Shown: one piece after another, positions 36,968-46,052 of the stretch
Layout: every line of letters starts with the position of its first letter
How positions within the stretch are numbered: the stretch's first letter is position 1
NCBI GenBank assembly: GCA_023396095.1
Contig: JAEWXG010000027.1
Location: 14,121 to 78,120 of the forward strand
Source of the DNA: Bacillota bacterium
Lineage (GTDB): Bacteria; Bacillota; Clostridia; Christensenellales; UBA3700
Direction of reading: 5' to 3'
DNA: 64,000 nucleotides
Made by a program: the position numbers and the translations under genes
Notes under the pieces: model-generated
Told to the model about the DNA's origin: nothing
Database searches by the model: none
Seen by the model: the letters and a program-made list of their open reading frames with translations, nothing else

Positions 36968-39900
36968 CTACTCTTCTTTTTTCTCAATTATTAAATTATT
37001 GCTAGGCTTTAACTTATTTTGGCTTTGCGCCCAATAATACACATAATCTAATCTCTCATTTGTTTTTAATAATTGTTGATTATTGTTAGTTTTTAATTGT
37101 TTTAATGTTTCTTTAAACAAAACTGCTTTATCAAAACTTCCGTCGCTATCTTGCATAGCAAGAACTTCTCTCATTACCTCTAATATTTCTTCCTTAGCTA
37201 TATCGAATAAATTTCTATCTCCACCAATTCTAAAGTAATTCATTTCCTTTAACGAATTTTCTGGCCAGTAAAAGTATTGATTTTGGTCATTAGTTGTTCT
37301 TAATATAAAATTCTTTAAGGTATCATTGATTGCCTGTTTTGCTTTTTGACTCATTTGTTTTATATTTGATCTTTCTTTAATTTTTTCAACAACTTTATCA
37401 TATGATATTGGTCCTTCTACATTAAATAAATTATTCAAATACGATATTATTTCAGATGAAAATCCTTTTTCGCTATTATACATAATCCTATCATATGTAT
37501 TGTAATCTTGATATTTTATCTTGTTGTACTCAAATTTAATTTTAGCCCCTTTTTTAATTCTAGGGTTAATAATTACTTCTTCTTTTTCAAATGGTTTTGA
37601 TAATGCCTTTATGATTTTTTCGATCGTACGTTTTTTATCTTTATAATACTCAAGAGTATATATATTGATTACTTTCCAATCTAAAGTATTTAAAACATTA
37701 TCTTGAACATATAATTTATCTCTATTTGTTATATTTTGTTCTTTAAAGTTTTTATCAAGAATAATACCTAGTGCATAACTTGTTTGTTTATCATTTAAGA
37801 TCGCTAAATCAACTTTAAAATTGCTTTTTCCGACATTTGCGTGCACTACATATCCTTTTTTCTCTAAATCATTTTTAATATGTTTTACAATAATTTTATT
37901 TGTTTCTTCACCTGCATAATTGTTTTCATAACTACTATCTTCCGCATATTGGATAAAATGTTTAAGTGTTAATTGACCTTTGTTTTTAATAAAATTATCA
38001 CTCATAAAATCAATGCTTCTTAAAGTAGAAATTACAATCATTTTCTCCTTACTTCTACTAACCGCAACATTTAATCTTCTCTGTCCATTTTCTCTAACAA
38101 TAGGCCCATTAACAATTGCCATTCCAGCAGCATTCTTTGTAAAACCAATCGATAAAATAATAATATCTCTTTCATCTCCTTGAACACTTTCTAAAGACTT
38201 AACAAACCAAGGCTCTTGAGTTTTTAATTCTGCTGCGATTATATCCTCGTGCAATTTTTTGTCACGGCTTAACATATTCATTATTGCTTCATAAACTGCT
38301 TCCTTCTGTGTTACATTAAACACAATAATCCCCACAGATTTATCCTTTGTTCTCTTATTTTGATAAATTGATTTAAATGTCTGTAATATTTCATCAATTT
38401 CTTCTTCTGATATAGCAGAATTTTTCTTTCTTTCCTTTATATCCACATATTTAAACTCTACGCGGTTTGTCGATATATCTTTTGATGGGAATGTATATAA
38501 TTGTTTGTTATAAAAATTCTCATTAGAAAATTGAATTAATGATTCATGTCTACTTCTATAGTGATATGACAATTTAATTCTTGGCATATCAATACTTAAG
38601 CACTCATCTAAAAGTGATGTTGCATCATCATATTGAATATCTTCATCCTCGACCTCAAGCCCTGCTGTAAAATACGCAGAAGGTGGCATTTGCTCCGGAT
38701 CTCCTGCGACTATTAATGACTTCCCTCTTGCAATAGCTCCGATAGCTTCATACGTAGGAATTTGTGACGCCTCATCAAAAATTACAATATCAAACTTTGA
38801 AACGTGATTTTTATTTGCCGTATCTACAGATAAGTATTGCGCAGCGCTCATTGGGGACATCAAGAAGCAAGGGAAATATTTTTTAATTAAACCATCATAG
38901 TCTATTAATGTTTCTCTAATTGTTACTCCTCTCCCACCATTAGAAATTGATTTCTTTAATCTCCCTATTGGCGAAGTTACAGCGTAATCTTTATCGTTAT
39001 GATTTAATGATGCACTTAATTTTGCAGAGACCATTTCAATAACTAAATTATTGTACTCATTTATCAAATCTTTATATTTCCTTATCTCAAGCTCAAATGA
39101 TGAAGGATTAAAATAATTAATATCTGAATCTTTAAAATATAATTTTAAATATCCTAATGCACATGAATATTCAAAAATTTCTTTAAAATATCTATAGTTG
39201 AATTCATTTCTTGCTATAGCGTTTAAAAATTGATCTAACCCGATCTCTTCCATATCGTCACGTTGCCTATTTAAGTTAACAATATCAACCAATTGTGAAA
39301 AATTATCTGGATTTGAAATATATGTTACAAATTCAAGTTGCTTTCCAATTTCATCATCGAGCCCTTTATATATTGAATAGTCAAAACAATACTTTTCCTC
39401 TAACTTCTTACTTTCTTGGTTGTATTGCTTAAATTTTCCTTCAAATACTGAAAAAACTGTTTTTAAAGATTTGCTTTTTTGTTCATAAATATCAATAAAC
39501 ATAGTCAAAATCTTCATAAAGTTTGACCCGTTCGATAACGCTTTAACATTGCTTATGAAACTTCTTGTTGCATAATATGACTCCATTATTTGATGCAAGT
39601 TATCGATCTCATTAATAAAGGCATCACCTAAAATATTATTTAATTCTCCAGATAGTTTGATCATTTCTTCTGTCAAAGCTTTGTATTTTTCAATATCTTC
39701 AAAATACATCCTCATATTTTTATAATCATACTTTGCCCCTCTGATTGATACCCTCTTTAAAGCTTTTTTGCATTTCCTTCTAGCCTTAAATTTATTTGAA
39801 AAACCTTCTGCTTTTTCATACTCATCCAGCAAAGCAAACTCTGCAAACGAGGTAATTTTACCAAAATTAAATTTATTTTTATATTTAACTCTTAAATCAT

Positions 39901-42781
39901 ATAACTTTTGTGCTTGATTAAATAATTCAATGTTATTATCTGTCGTATCTTCCGAAATAAAATTAGATAAGGTTGATATATATAAATTTCGATTAAAGCA
40001 AATATCTAAAATTGATAATATTTGCATAATATTCGAATTTGTATAAGCAAAACTAATTGGTAAAATACTCATTAAATCATTACTAATACTCAAAATATCA
40101 TTAAGTTTTGCTTTAAGTTTTACGAACTCTTCTACAACTTCATCTTTATCTGTAACATTAAGTTCTTTTAACTTTACAATCTTTAATGGATTATGTGCAT
40201 AATCAACTATATTGTTAGTAGATGCAATATATGTATCTATTAATTCGTATATCCTTTTTTCTTTTTCCTCGTCTAATGATTTTAAATAATCAGCTGATAA
40301 TTTAATAAAGAACTTATAATTTTTTAAATTTTCGTGCTTATCAATTGATTCATTTAATGAATAGAGATATTTGTGCGTGTGCATTTTGTCTAAAATACTT
40401 GCTATACTATTTCTTTTTGCAACTATTTCTTGACACTTTGCTTCAAAGGTTCTTGGAGTCCTAACAGCACCAAGATCCATTGATTCGCCAAGTCTTGCAA
40501 AAAAATCAGTTTTATTAGCTTTGTTAGAGTGTAACTCCAAGCAAAATCTCCCCAACATTATTTTATTTAATCTGTCTGCAACGACATCCAATGCTGCCTT
40601 TTTTTCCGCAACAAAAAGTACTGTTTTCCCATGATAGAATGCGTTAACAATCATGTTAACTATAGTTTGGGACTTCCCTGTTCCTGGCGGTCCGTCAAGA
40701 ATGAATGATTTACCTTTTGCGCATTCCATTATTGCTTTTAACTGTGTTGAGTCGTATGAAATAGGAGCTGCAAAATTGGCATATTTTTCTTCATCTTCAA
40801 TATTTTTCTTATTATCAATCACATCATCTAAAACATTTTTATTTTCAAGAATTGATTGAACTATTTTATTTTTCTTTAACTGTGCTTTATGATCTCTTAA
40901 ATCTCTCCACATTATATAATGTGAAAAAGTTAAATTGGCGATAAACGCAACTTTTTCATCTAGTTGAATATCTTCCGTATTGTTTTCTTTAAATAACTTA
41001 ACGAAATCAATATATTTAAACTCCGGTCCCAAATGATAAAGTTTTTCAAAATCAAAATCAGGATTATCTAATTTGTAGTATTCAAAAAAGGTTTGATTTA
41101 TCATTAAATCGTCATAATCATAATTTATTGTAAAATATTGCCCAACTTTATCTTTTGATATCTTAATTGGTAAAACCATAAATGGAGCCGTTCCTCTTTC
41201 CTTCTTCCTTGTCTTTTTGTAATTTAAAAGTCCAAGACAAAGATATAAAGTCGGAGCACCTGTCTCCTCCATTGCAGAATTTGATTTTTTTATCAAAGTT
41301 CTTAATGTTTTATCTAACCCTAAAACAAATAATTCATTATTCTTTAATTTAACACCTGTTATATCTGTAGTCTTAATATTATATTTGGCAAAATCTTTTT
41401 CTAAAAGTAAATTAGCTCCCTTGTCTAGTTGATCATAACTACTCAATAATTTAATGCTACTTCTAAACTCTATATCTTCATCCACTCTATGATTACTAAT
41501 AACACGAACACAATTAGACAATTTTAAATCAAAGCAAACAAGCGGATTCCTTTCCGATAAATCTAATAACTTCTTTTCCCAGAACATAAATCTATCTCTT
41601 TCTGTTTCATCCACTATGTCAACATATTTAGTTTTTAAAACAGAATTAAGCTTTTCATTTTGTTTTTCTGTTTCTTCAATCTCTCGTGATAATACAAAGC
41701 TATCCGCCTCTTTAGTAATAGCCGCAAAAACTCCTGCTTTTAAGCTGTTAATATCTAAGGCTGCAAACGATGAATCTCCAAGATAGGATGACATTTTTAC
41801 ATATGGAATCGAAATGGATTCTTCAAACGATATTCTCGAATCTTTTCCAATACCACTGCAATCAATAAATACTATTTTAGATAGTGGGTCACTAGCAAAG
41901 TTATATACAACACCTATCTTGCTTTCAACACCATTAGTAAATGTTTGTTCGTCATCAGTAAAAAATCCTGCAAAAAATTCATTTTCTACCATCATTAAAA
42001 CTGAATGGTATCCTATCTCTTCTAGGCAAGCACAAAAAAGCAGCGTTAAATCCATTTGAGTTGCCTTTCTGTCTCTTAATACCTCATCAGGCATTCTTAT
42101 TTTTTGATATTGACCTATAACTTTCTTTTGCTTGTTGTATTCTTTAAAATAACCACCATTACTCTCAAATGAAATATCATAATCCCTTAAAGACTTGAAA
42201 ATTGCTTCTGCTTCTTTAAGCATTTTCTCTTTAATTTTACCCGTTTTAATTTTATAAGTTTGAAAAGACTTATTTGATAAATATTGTAAAGAAGTTTTTA
42301 ACACATCTTCTGCGTTTTGTTTCTTTATGCCAACTAATTTTGCAAATAAACGTGGATCCTCTTTTATTTCAGATGAAATTTGATTTATTGGCAAAACCCT
42401 AAATTTATATTCTTGTGAATATAAAATTTCTTTTTCTTTATTTTTTACTAATACTGTTAAAATACAATTTTCACTTTCTAATAAATTCTTAAGTAAATCT
42501 ACATCAACTTTTAAAAATGGTACTCTAAGCGATACTAATTCTCCAGATCCAATATTATTGAGCAACAATTTAGACATAGAGAAAATGTCATTATTAAACT
42601 CAAAATCAATTGTTAAATCCCTATAGTTATCTTCTGTTGTATTACTTATTAGGATTGATTGTACTAATGAATAGTATGTTGAAAATGTATCATCCTTCAA
42701 TTTCATTAAACTATCTGCATGATACTCAATATATGAAAACTCTTTCTTGCCCTTTATTACTAATTTAAATTTTTTGTCCAT
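36968..42781 (-). CDS. Giant DUF4011 / SF1 (Upf1-like) helicase / Vsr-DUF559-like nuclease fold / DUF3320 protein (Hhe-like)
   Basis: 1,937 aa. Motifs in order: FWEKKLLDLSERNPLV (about aa 395), Walker A LDGPPGTGKSQT (about aa 695), VIFDEASQ (about aa 1330), SVQGDERDIIILS and RRLNVAVSRSK, VGKSNFKVDLAI...LDWKVINIYTLEYY (about aa 1640-1720), and a DUF3320-like tail. RBS GGGGG before the ATG. Confidence 0.85.
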   Translation of the reverse strand: MDKKFKLVIKGKKEFSYIEYHADSLMKLKDDTFSTYYSLVQSILISNTTEDNYRDLTIDFEFNNDIFSMSKLLLNNIGSGELVSLRVPFLKVDVDLLKNLLESENCILTVLVKNKEKEILYSQEYKFRVLPINQISSEIKEDPRLFAKLVGIKKQNAEDVLKTSLQYLSNKSFQTYKIKTGKIKEKMLKEAEAIFKSLRDYDISFESNGGYFKEYNKQKKVIGQYQKIRMPDEVLRDRKATQMDLTLLFCACLEEIGYHSVLMMVENEFFAGFFTDDEQTFTNGVESKIGVVYNFASDPLSKIVFIDCSGIGKDSRISFEESISIPYVKMSSYLGDSSFAALDINSLKAGVFAAITKEADSFVLSREIEETEKQNEKLNSVLKTKYVDIVDETERDRFMFWEKKLLDLSERNPLVCFDLKLSNCVRVISNHRVDEDIEFRSSIKLLSSYDQLDKGANLLLEKDFAKYNIKTTDITGVKLKNNELFVLGLDKTLRTLIKKSNSAMEETGAPTLYLCLGLLNYKKTRKKERGTAPFMVLPIKISKDKVGQYFTINYDYDDLMINQTFFEYYKLDNPDFDFEKLYHLGPEFKYIDFVKLFKENNTEDIQLDEKVAFIANLTFSHYIMWRDLRDHKAQLKKNKIVQSILENKNVLDDVIDNKKNIEDEEKYANFAAPISYDSTQLKAIMECAKGKSFILDGPPGTGKSQTIVNMIVNAFYHGKTVLFVAEKKAALDVVADRLNKIMLGRFCLELHSNKANKTDFFARLGESMDLGAVRTPRTFEAKCQEIVAKRNSIASILDKMHTHKYLYSLNESIDKHENLKNYKFFIKLSADYLKSLDEEKEKRIYELIDTYIASTNNIVDYAHNPLKIVKLKELNVTDKDEVVEEFVKLKAKLNDILSISNDLMSILPISFAYTNSNIMQILSILDICFNRNLYISTLSNFISEDTTDNNIELFNQAQKLYDLRVKYKNKFNFGKITSFAEFALLDEYEKAEGFSNKFKARRKCKKALKRVSIRGAKYDYKNMRMYFEDIEKYKALTEEMIKLSGELNNILGDAFINEIDNLHQIMESYYATRSFISNVKALSNGSNFMKILTMFIDIYEQKSKSLKTVFSVFEGKFKQYNQESKKLEEKYCFDYSIYKGLDDEIGKQLEFVTYISNPDNFSQLVDIVNLNRQRDDMEEIGLDQFLNAIARNEFNYRYFKEIFEYSCALGYLKLYFKDSDINYFNPSSFELEIRKYKDLINEYNNLVIEMVSAKLSASLNHNDKDYAVTSPIGRLKKSISNGGRGVTIRETLIDYDGLIKKYFPCFLMSPMSAAQYLSVDTANKNHVSKFDIVIFDEASQIPTYEAIGAIARGKSLIVAGDPEQMPPSAYFTAGLEVEDEDIQYDDATSLLDECLSIDMPRIKLSYHYRSRHESLIQFSNENFYNKQLYTFPSKDISTNRVEFKYVDIKERKKNSAISEEEIDEILQTFKSIYQNKRTKDKSVGIIVFNVTQKEAVYEAIMNMLSRDKKLHEDIIAAELKTQEPWFVKSLESVQGDERDIIILSIGFTKNAAGMAIVNGPIVRENGQRRLNVAVSRSKEKMIVISTLRSIDFMSDNFIKNKGQLTLKHFIQYAEDSSYENNYAGEETNKIIVKHIKNDLEKKGYVVHANVGKSNFKVDLAILNDKQTSYALGIILDKNFKEQNITNRDKLYVQDNVLNTLDWKVINIYTLEYYKDKKRTIEKIIKALSKPFEKEEVIINPRIKKGAKIKFEYNKIKYQDYNTYDRIMYNSEKGFSSEIISYLNNLFNVEGPISYDKVVEKIKERSNIKQMSQKAKQAINDTLKNFILRTTNDQNQYFYWPENSLKEMNYFRIGGDRNLFDIAKEEILEVMREVLAMQDSDGSFDKAVLFKETLKQLKTNNNQQLLKTNERLDYVYYWAQSQNKLKPSNNLIIEKKEE

Positions 42782-42915
42782 CTTGCCCCCAATAATAAAG
42801 TTACATTAATAATATTAACATACACAAATCTAAAATTAAACAAAGTATGACAAGAAGTATATATTTATTAATTATAAGAACAACAAAAAGAACAAAGAAA
42901 AATAGATTTTTATCC

Positions 42916-42944
42916 TTGCCATGTAAAAATTGATTTGTTATAAT
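42916..42944 (+). promoter_or_regulatory. Promoter of the tRNA Val-Cys-Leu operon
   Basis: TTGCCA, a 17-nt spacer, then TATAAT, ending 17 nt before the first tRNA. Confidence 0.65.
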
Positions 42945-42960
42945 ATTTTCGTTGTGCTTT

Positions 42961-43036
42961 GGGAGTTTAGCTCAGCTGGGAGAGCATCTGCCTTACAAGC
43001 AGGGGGTCATAGGTTCGAGCCCTATAACTCCCACCA
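42961..43036 (+). tRNA. tRNA-Val (anticodon UAC)
   Basis: Cloverleaf folded by hand: acceptor GGGAGTT/AACTCCC, anticodon loop CTTACAA, T-arm ATAGG-TTCGAGC-CCTAT, encoded CCA. Confidence 0.9.
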
Positions 43037-43051
43037 ATTCACAACAAATAT

Positions 43052-43125
43052 GGCACCATAGCCAAGCGGTAAGGCACGGCTCTGCAAAAGCTTGATCCCC
43101 AGTTCAAATCTGGGTGGTGCCTCCA
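43052..43125 (+). tRNA. tRNA-Cys (anticodon GCA)
   Basis: Acceptor GGCACCA/TGGTGCC, anticodon loop CTGCAAA, T-arm CCCAG-TTCAAAT-CTGGG, short D-arm, encoded CCA. One mismatch at the base of the anticodon stem. Confidence 0.8.
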
Positions 43126-43131
43126 TTTTAT

Positions 43132-43220
43132 GCCGGAGTGGCGAAATAGGCAGACGCACAGGACTTAAAATCCTGGGACTCTAACAGGTCGTATCGGTTC
43201 AAGTCCGATCTTCGGCACCA
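43132..43220 (+). tRNA. tRNA-Leu (anticodon UAA), class II with a long variable arm
   Basis: 89 nt. Anticodon stem-loop CAGGA-CTTAAAA-TCCTG, long variable arm, T-arm with GGTTCAAGTCC, encoded CCA. Confidence 0.9.
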
Positions 43221-43227
43221 ATAAAAC

Positions 43228-43277
43228 AAATTGCACAAAATAGACTAAAAACGCTATAAATTGTGCAATTTTTTTAT
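43228..43277 (+). terminator. Terminator of the tRNA operon
   Basis: AAATTGCACAA, loop of about 22 nt, TTGTGCAATTT, followed by a T run. Confidence 0.55.
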
Positions 43278-43865
43278 ATTTTAAATCACCGTGACCATTG
43301 GGAGGGAGATTGTCGAGTCCAGCTTCTTACAAAAGTTTTGGTGTCTCCTTAAGAACCATAAACGCATCTCTTCTTTGTGCACCGCCTCTCTTTTTTCTTC
43401 TGAATACATCTTTGACACCCCCCTCAAACGAAATCTCTAAAGAGTTTTGATATCACTGCCGTTTTGATTTAAATTATCATTAAGAGAGCCAGTCAGACTC
43501 CTTCCTTAAGATTGCATCATATGGGATTGCTGATAGCTCCCTTTTTTATACTCAAAATCTATTTTCTTAACTTTTACTATATCGTAAAGTTCTAATTCAC
43601 CTCTACTAGTTTTACCTGCAATTACATCCGCATTATATTTTCATCAAGAACATCTAAATTCACATTGCCTCTTGCAATTTATATAAAGTTATTATTTCTT
43701 TTATGCGCAAAATCATCATAAACATAATTATTAGATGCCTTTAGCAACTCATCTACATTATCAACTAAACAAATTTTATCATGCAATCTAAACGATTATA
43801 TTCCTTGATATACTAGCATATTAAGTAAATTTTTCAGCCTTTACATAAGATGAGACAAAATATTT
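43278..43865 (-). pseudogene. Degenerate gene remnants; no intact ORF of 60 aa or more; includes a GC-rich patch
   Basis: The minus strand holds only broken reading frames (SFRLHDKICLVDNVDELLKASNNYVYDDFAHKRNNNFI*, IARGNVNLDVLDENI..., NADVIAGKTSRGELELYDIVKVKKIDFEYKKGSYQQ...). There is also a 42-codon ORF (43281..43409) behind a GAGGGGGG RBS. Positions 43285..43520 are visibly GC-richer than the flanks. Confidence 0.35.
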
Positions 43866-45161
43866 TTATAAATCTATGATTGATTCATTGAGCAAAAAGT
43901 CCTCTACTCCAATGTATAAAATACCATCATTATCATGTTTAGGAATAATGTGCTTTCTCACAATCACAATCTTTTTAAATGAATCATCTATTTTCTTAAG
44001 TGATACCGTTTCTTGCTCTCTTTTCTCTATACTGTCTAAATTTAAAGCTGACTGAATATAGTACCTTTGATGTCCTTTGTTTATAACAAAATCAACTTCA
44101 AGCTGGATCTTTTTTCTATTTCCATCTTTCTTAAAATCATGTTCAACAACACCTACATCTATATTGTATCCTCTACGAAGCAATTCGTTATAGATGATGT
44201 TTTCCATAATATGCGTGTCTTCTACTTGCCTAAAATTTAATCTTGCATTTCTAAGTCCTATATCCGCAAAATAATATTTAAGTGGCGTTGAGAAATACCT
44301 TGATCCCTTAACATCATATCTATTAGCATGGTATATAATGTATGCCTCCTCAAAGAAACTAAGATATTTGGAAATTGTATTAGAAGATATTTTTATCTGC
44401 TTCTCTGACAAAAATCTTCTTGCAAGTTTAGTCGGATTAGTTAGTGAGCCAACGGTGGAAGATATGAAGTCAAGCAGTAATTCGATTATTTCCTTCTCAT
44501 TTTGTATGTTGTTTCTTTCAAGAATATCCCTTATATATGTTTCTTGAAATAAGTCCTTCAAATATTGATTTTTTTCCTCATCAGTTTTTAAACTATAAAT
44601 ATATGGCATACCTCCATATACGGTATAATGCTCAAAAGCTACCTCTTTGTTTTCATGCAAATTGTAAACCTCTGCAAATGATAGAGGGTTTACATGTATC
44701 TCATCGCCACGATCTCTAAACTGCGTTAACACATCAAATGAAAGCATTTTGGAATTACTCCCTGTCACATAAATATCTAAATTGCTACATTTCATAAGTC
44801 CTAGTAACGCATCAACAAAGGTTACACTCTTTTTTTTGCCGTCAATATAAGGATTGCTTACAGATTCAGATAGTTGAATTTCATCAATAAAAATGTAATA
44901 TGTCTGGTTTCTATCTTTAGTTTTTTCTTTGATGTACTCATTCAATCTAAACGGATTTCTATATTCAAGATTATCTATTTCGTCTAGCGCAATCGAAATA
45001 ATTTGGCTTTCTTTGACACCTTCTGACAATAGGTACTTTTTGTACAAATTAAATAACAGATATGATTTCCCGCACCTTCTTATCCCCGTAATAATCTTTA
45101 TCCTACCATTTTTTCTTTTATCTATAAGTTTCTTTAAATAATAATCTCGTTCAATTTTCAT
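43866..45161 (-). CDS. AAA+ ATPase with a DUF4143 C-terminal domain (orphan)
   Basis: 431 aa with Walker A GIRRCGKSYLL and Walker B YIFIDEIQ, the typical AAA_14 plus DUF4143 architecture. GAGGT RBS. Confidence 0.85.
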   Translation of the reverse strand: MKIERDYYLKKLIDKRKNGRIKIITGIRRCGKSYLLFNLYKKYLLSEGVKESQIISIALDEIDNLEYRNPFRLNEYIKEKTKDRNQTYYIFIDEIQLSESVSNPYIDGKKKSVTFVDALLGLMKCSNLDIYVTGSNSKMLSFDVLTQFRDRGDEIHVNPLSFAEVYNLHENKEVAFEHYTVYGGMPYIYSLKTDEEKNQYLKDLFQETYIRDILERNNIQNEKEIIELLLDFISSTVGSLTNPTKLARRFLSEKQIKISSNTISKYLSFFEEAYIIYHANRYDVKGSRYFSTPLKYYFADIGLRNARLNFRQVEDTHIMENIIYNELLRRGYNIDVGVVEHDFKKDGNRKKIQLEVDFVINKGHQRYYIQSALNLDSIEKREQETVSLKKIDDSFKKIVIVRKHIIPKHDNDGILYIGVEDFLLNESIIDL

Positions 45162-45173
45162 ATAGTTACCTCA

Positions 45174-45215
45174 CAGAAAAATTTAGGTGGAATTCCGCCT
45201 TTTTATTTCAAGTTT
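45174..45215 (+). repeat. Terminator-like hairpin repeat, copy A
   Basis: AAAAATTTAGGTGGAATTCCGCCTTTTTATTTC: a 6-bp stem with one G-U pair, loop AATT and a T run. The 33-nt core is identical to copy B. Confidence 0.6.
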
Positions 45216-45247
45216 ATTTTATCATGAATCGGCAAACTGTTCAATGA

Positions 45248-45293
45248 CAGATAAAAAATTTAGGTGGAATTCCGCCTTTTTATTTCGAGTTTT
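45248..45293 (+). repeat. Terminator-like hairpin repeat, copy B
   Basis: Same 33-nt core, 77 bp to the right of copy A. Lies downstream of the his-operon lipoprotein gene on the minus strand. Confidence 0.6.
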
Positions 45294-45446
45294 GTAATTT
45301 CTTCACTAGGTAAAAATGAAGTTAGGATTTCGGTTTTGTTCTTAAACTTTATTTCAAAATATATGAAAGAATCTAACCACAATAAAAACTTAAAACCTAA
45401 TCAAATTAACTTTTGCGTCAAGTAATTTTCGATAGTATAGTTGGTT

Positions 45447-46052
45447 TTATTCAACAAATGTATTTTCTTCTATTTTCTCAATTTTTGCTTGTCCAATGTT
45501 TGAAATTGTAATTTCTATACTGTCAATTCGTTCTTCTGAAGTTTTATAAACAATATTTATCTTAATCGTTTTTTGAACCTCTTGCATTGTAAATGAATTT
45601 AAATTTTGAATATTTAATACTGTTTCAACTTTTTTGAAAACTTCTTTTCTTAAAAAATATGTCAATTCCTCAGCAACATAGTTATAGTTATTGATTTTAA
45701 AAATATTATTTTGCAATAAAAGTTCAACTATGTCATTAAAATATTCTTTTGGATTAACTGTTTTTTGTTCTAACATGTTCCCTTGATAAAACTTTGTATA
45801 ATTAGCAGAATCACCATTTACAACAAAATATTCCAAATATTGATCATTATAGAAGAGATATTCATTTTTAACTCTTGTGAATTTTTCTGGTTTGGGTAAT
45901 GACGAATAATATATGGACACGTCATAATTTTTATTTTTAACTTCTTCTAATAAATCAAACCGTTTTGTCGGCTGACAAGAATAGAATGATAATAAAACCA
46001 TTACTATTGCTACTAAAACTATAATTCTTTTAGTCAAGTTTAACTTTTTCAT
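45447..46052 (-). CDS. Hypothetical lipoprotein (last gene of the his transcription unit)
   Basis: 201 aa with a signal peptide and lipobox LLSFYSC. Overlaps the hisIE stop by 23 nt. Confidence 0.6.
   Translation of the reverse strand: MKKLNLTKRIIVLVAIVMVLLSFYSCQPTKRFDLLEEVKNKNYDVSIYYSSLPKPEKFTRVKNEYLFYNDQYLEYFVVNGDSANYTKFYQGNMLEQKTVNPKEYFNDIVELLLQNNIFKINNYNYVAEELTYFLRKEVFKKVETVLNIQNLNSFTMQEVQKTIKINIVYKTSEERIDSIEITISNIGQAKIEKIEENTFVE

Noticed and set aside
43281-43409. 42-codon ORF with a strong GAGGGGGG RBS as a real small gene (possibly an IS3-type OrfA start, YSEE-KREAV)
   Set aside because: It is too short and too divergent to assign, and it sits in a region full of broken frames. It is kept only as part of the scar finding, not annotated as a CDS.
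45413-45421. Shared 9-mer TTGCGTCAA at 45413 and 54170, near both accessory patches, as possible att cores
   Set aside because: A 9-bp match in 64 kb is within chance expectation, and the flanking bases do not extend the similarity.
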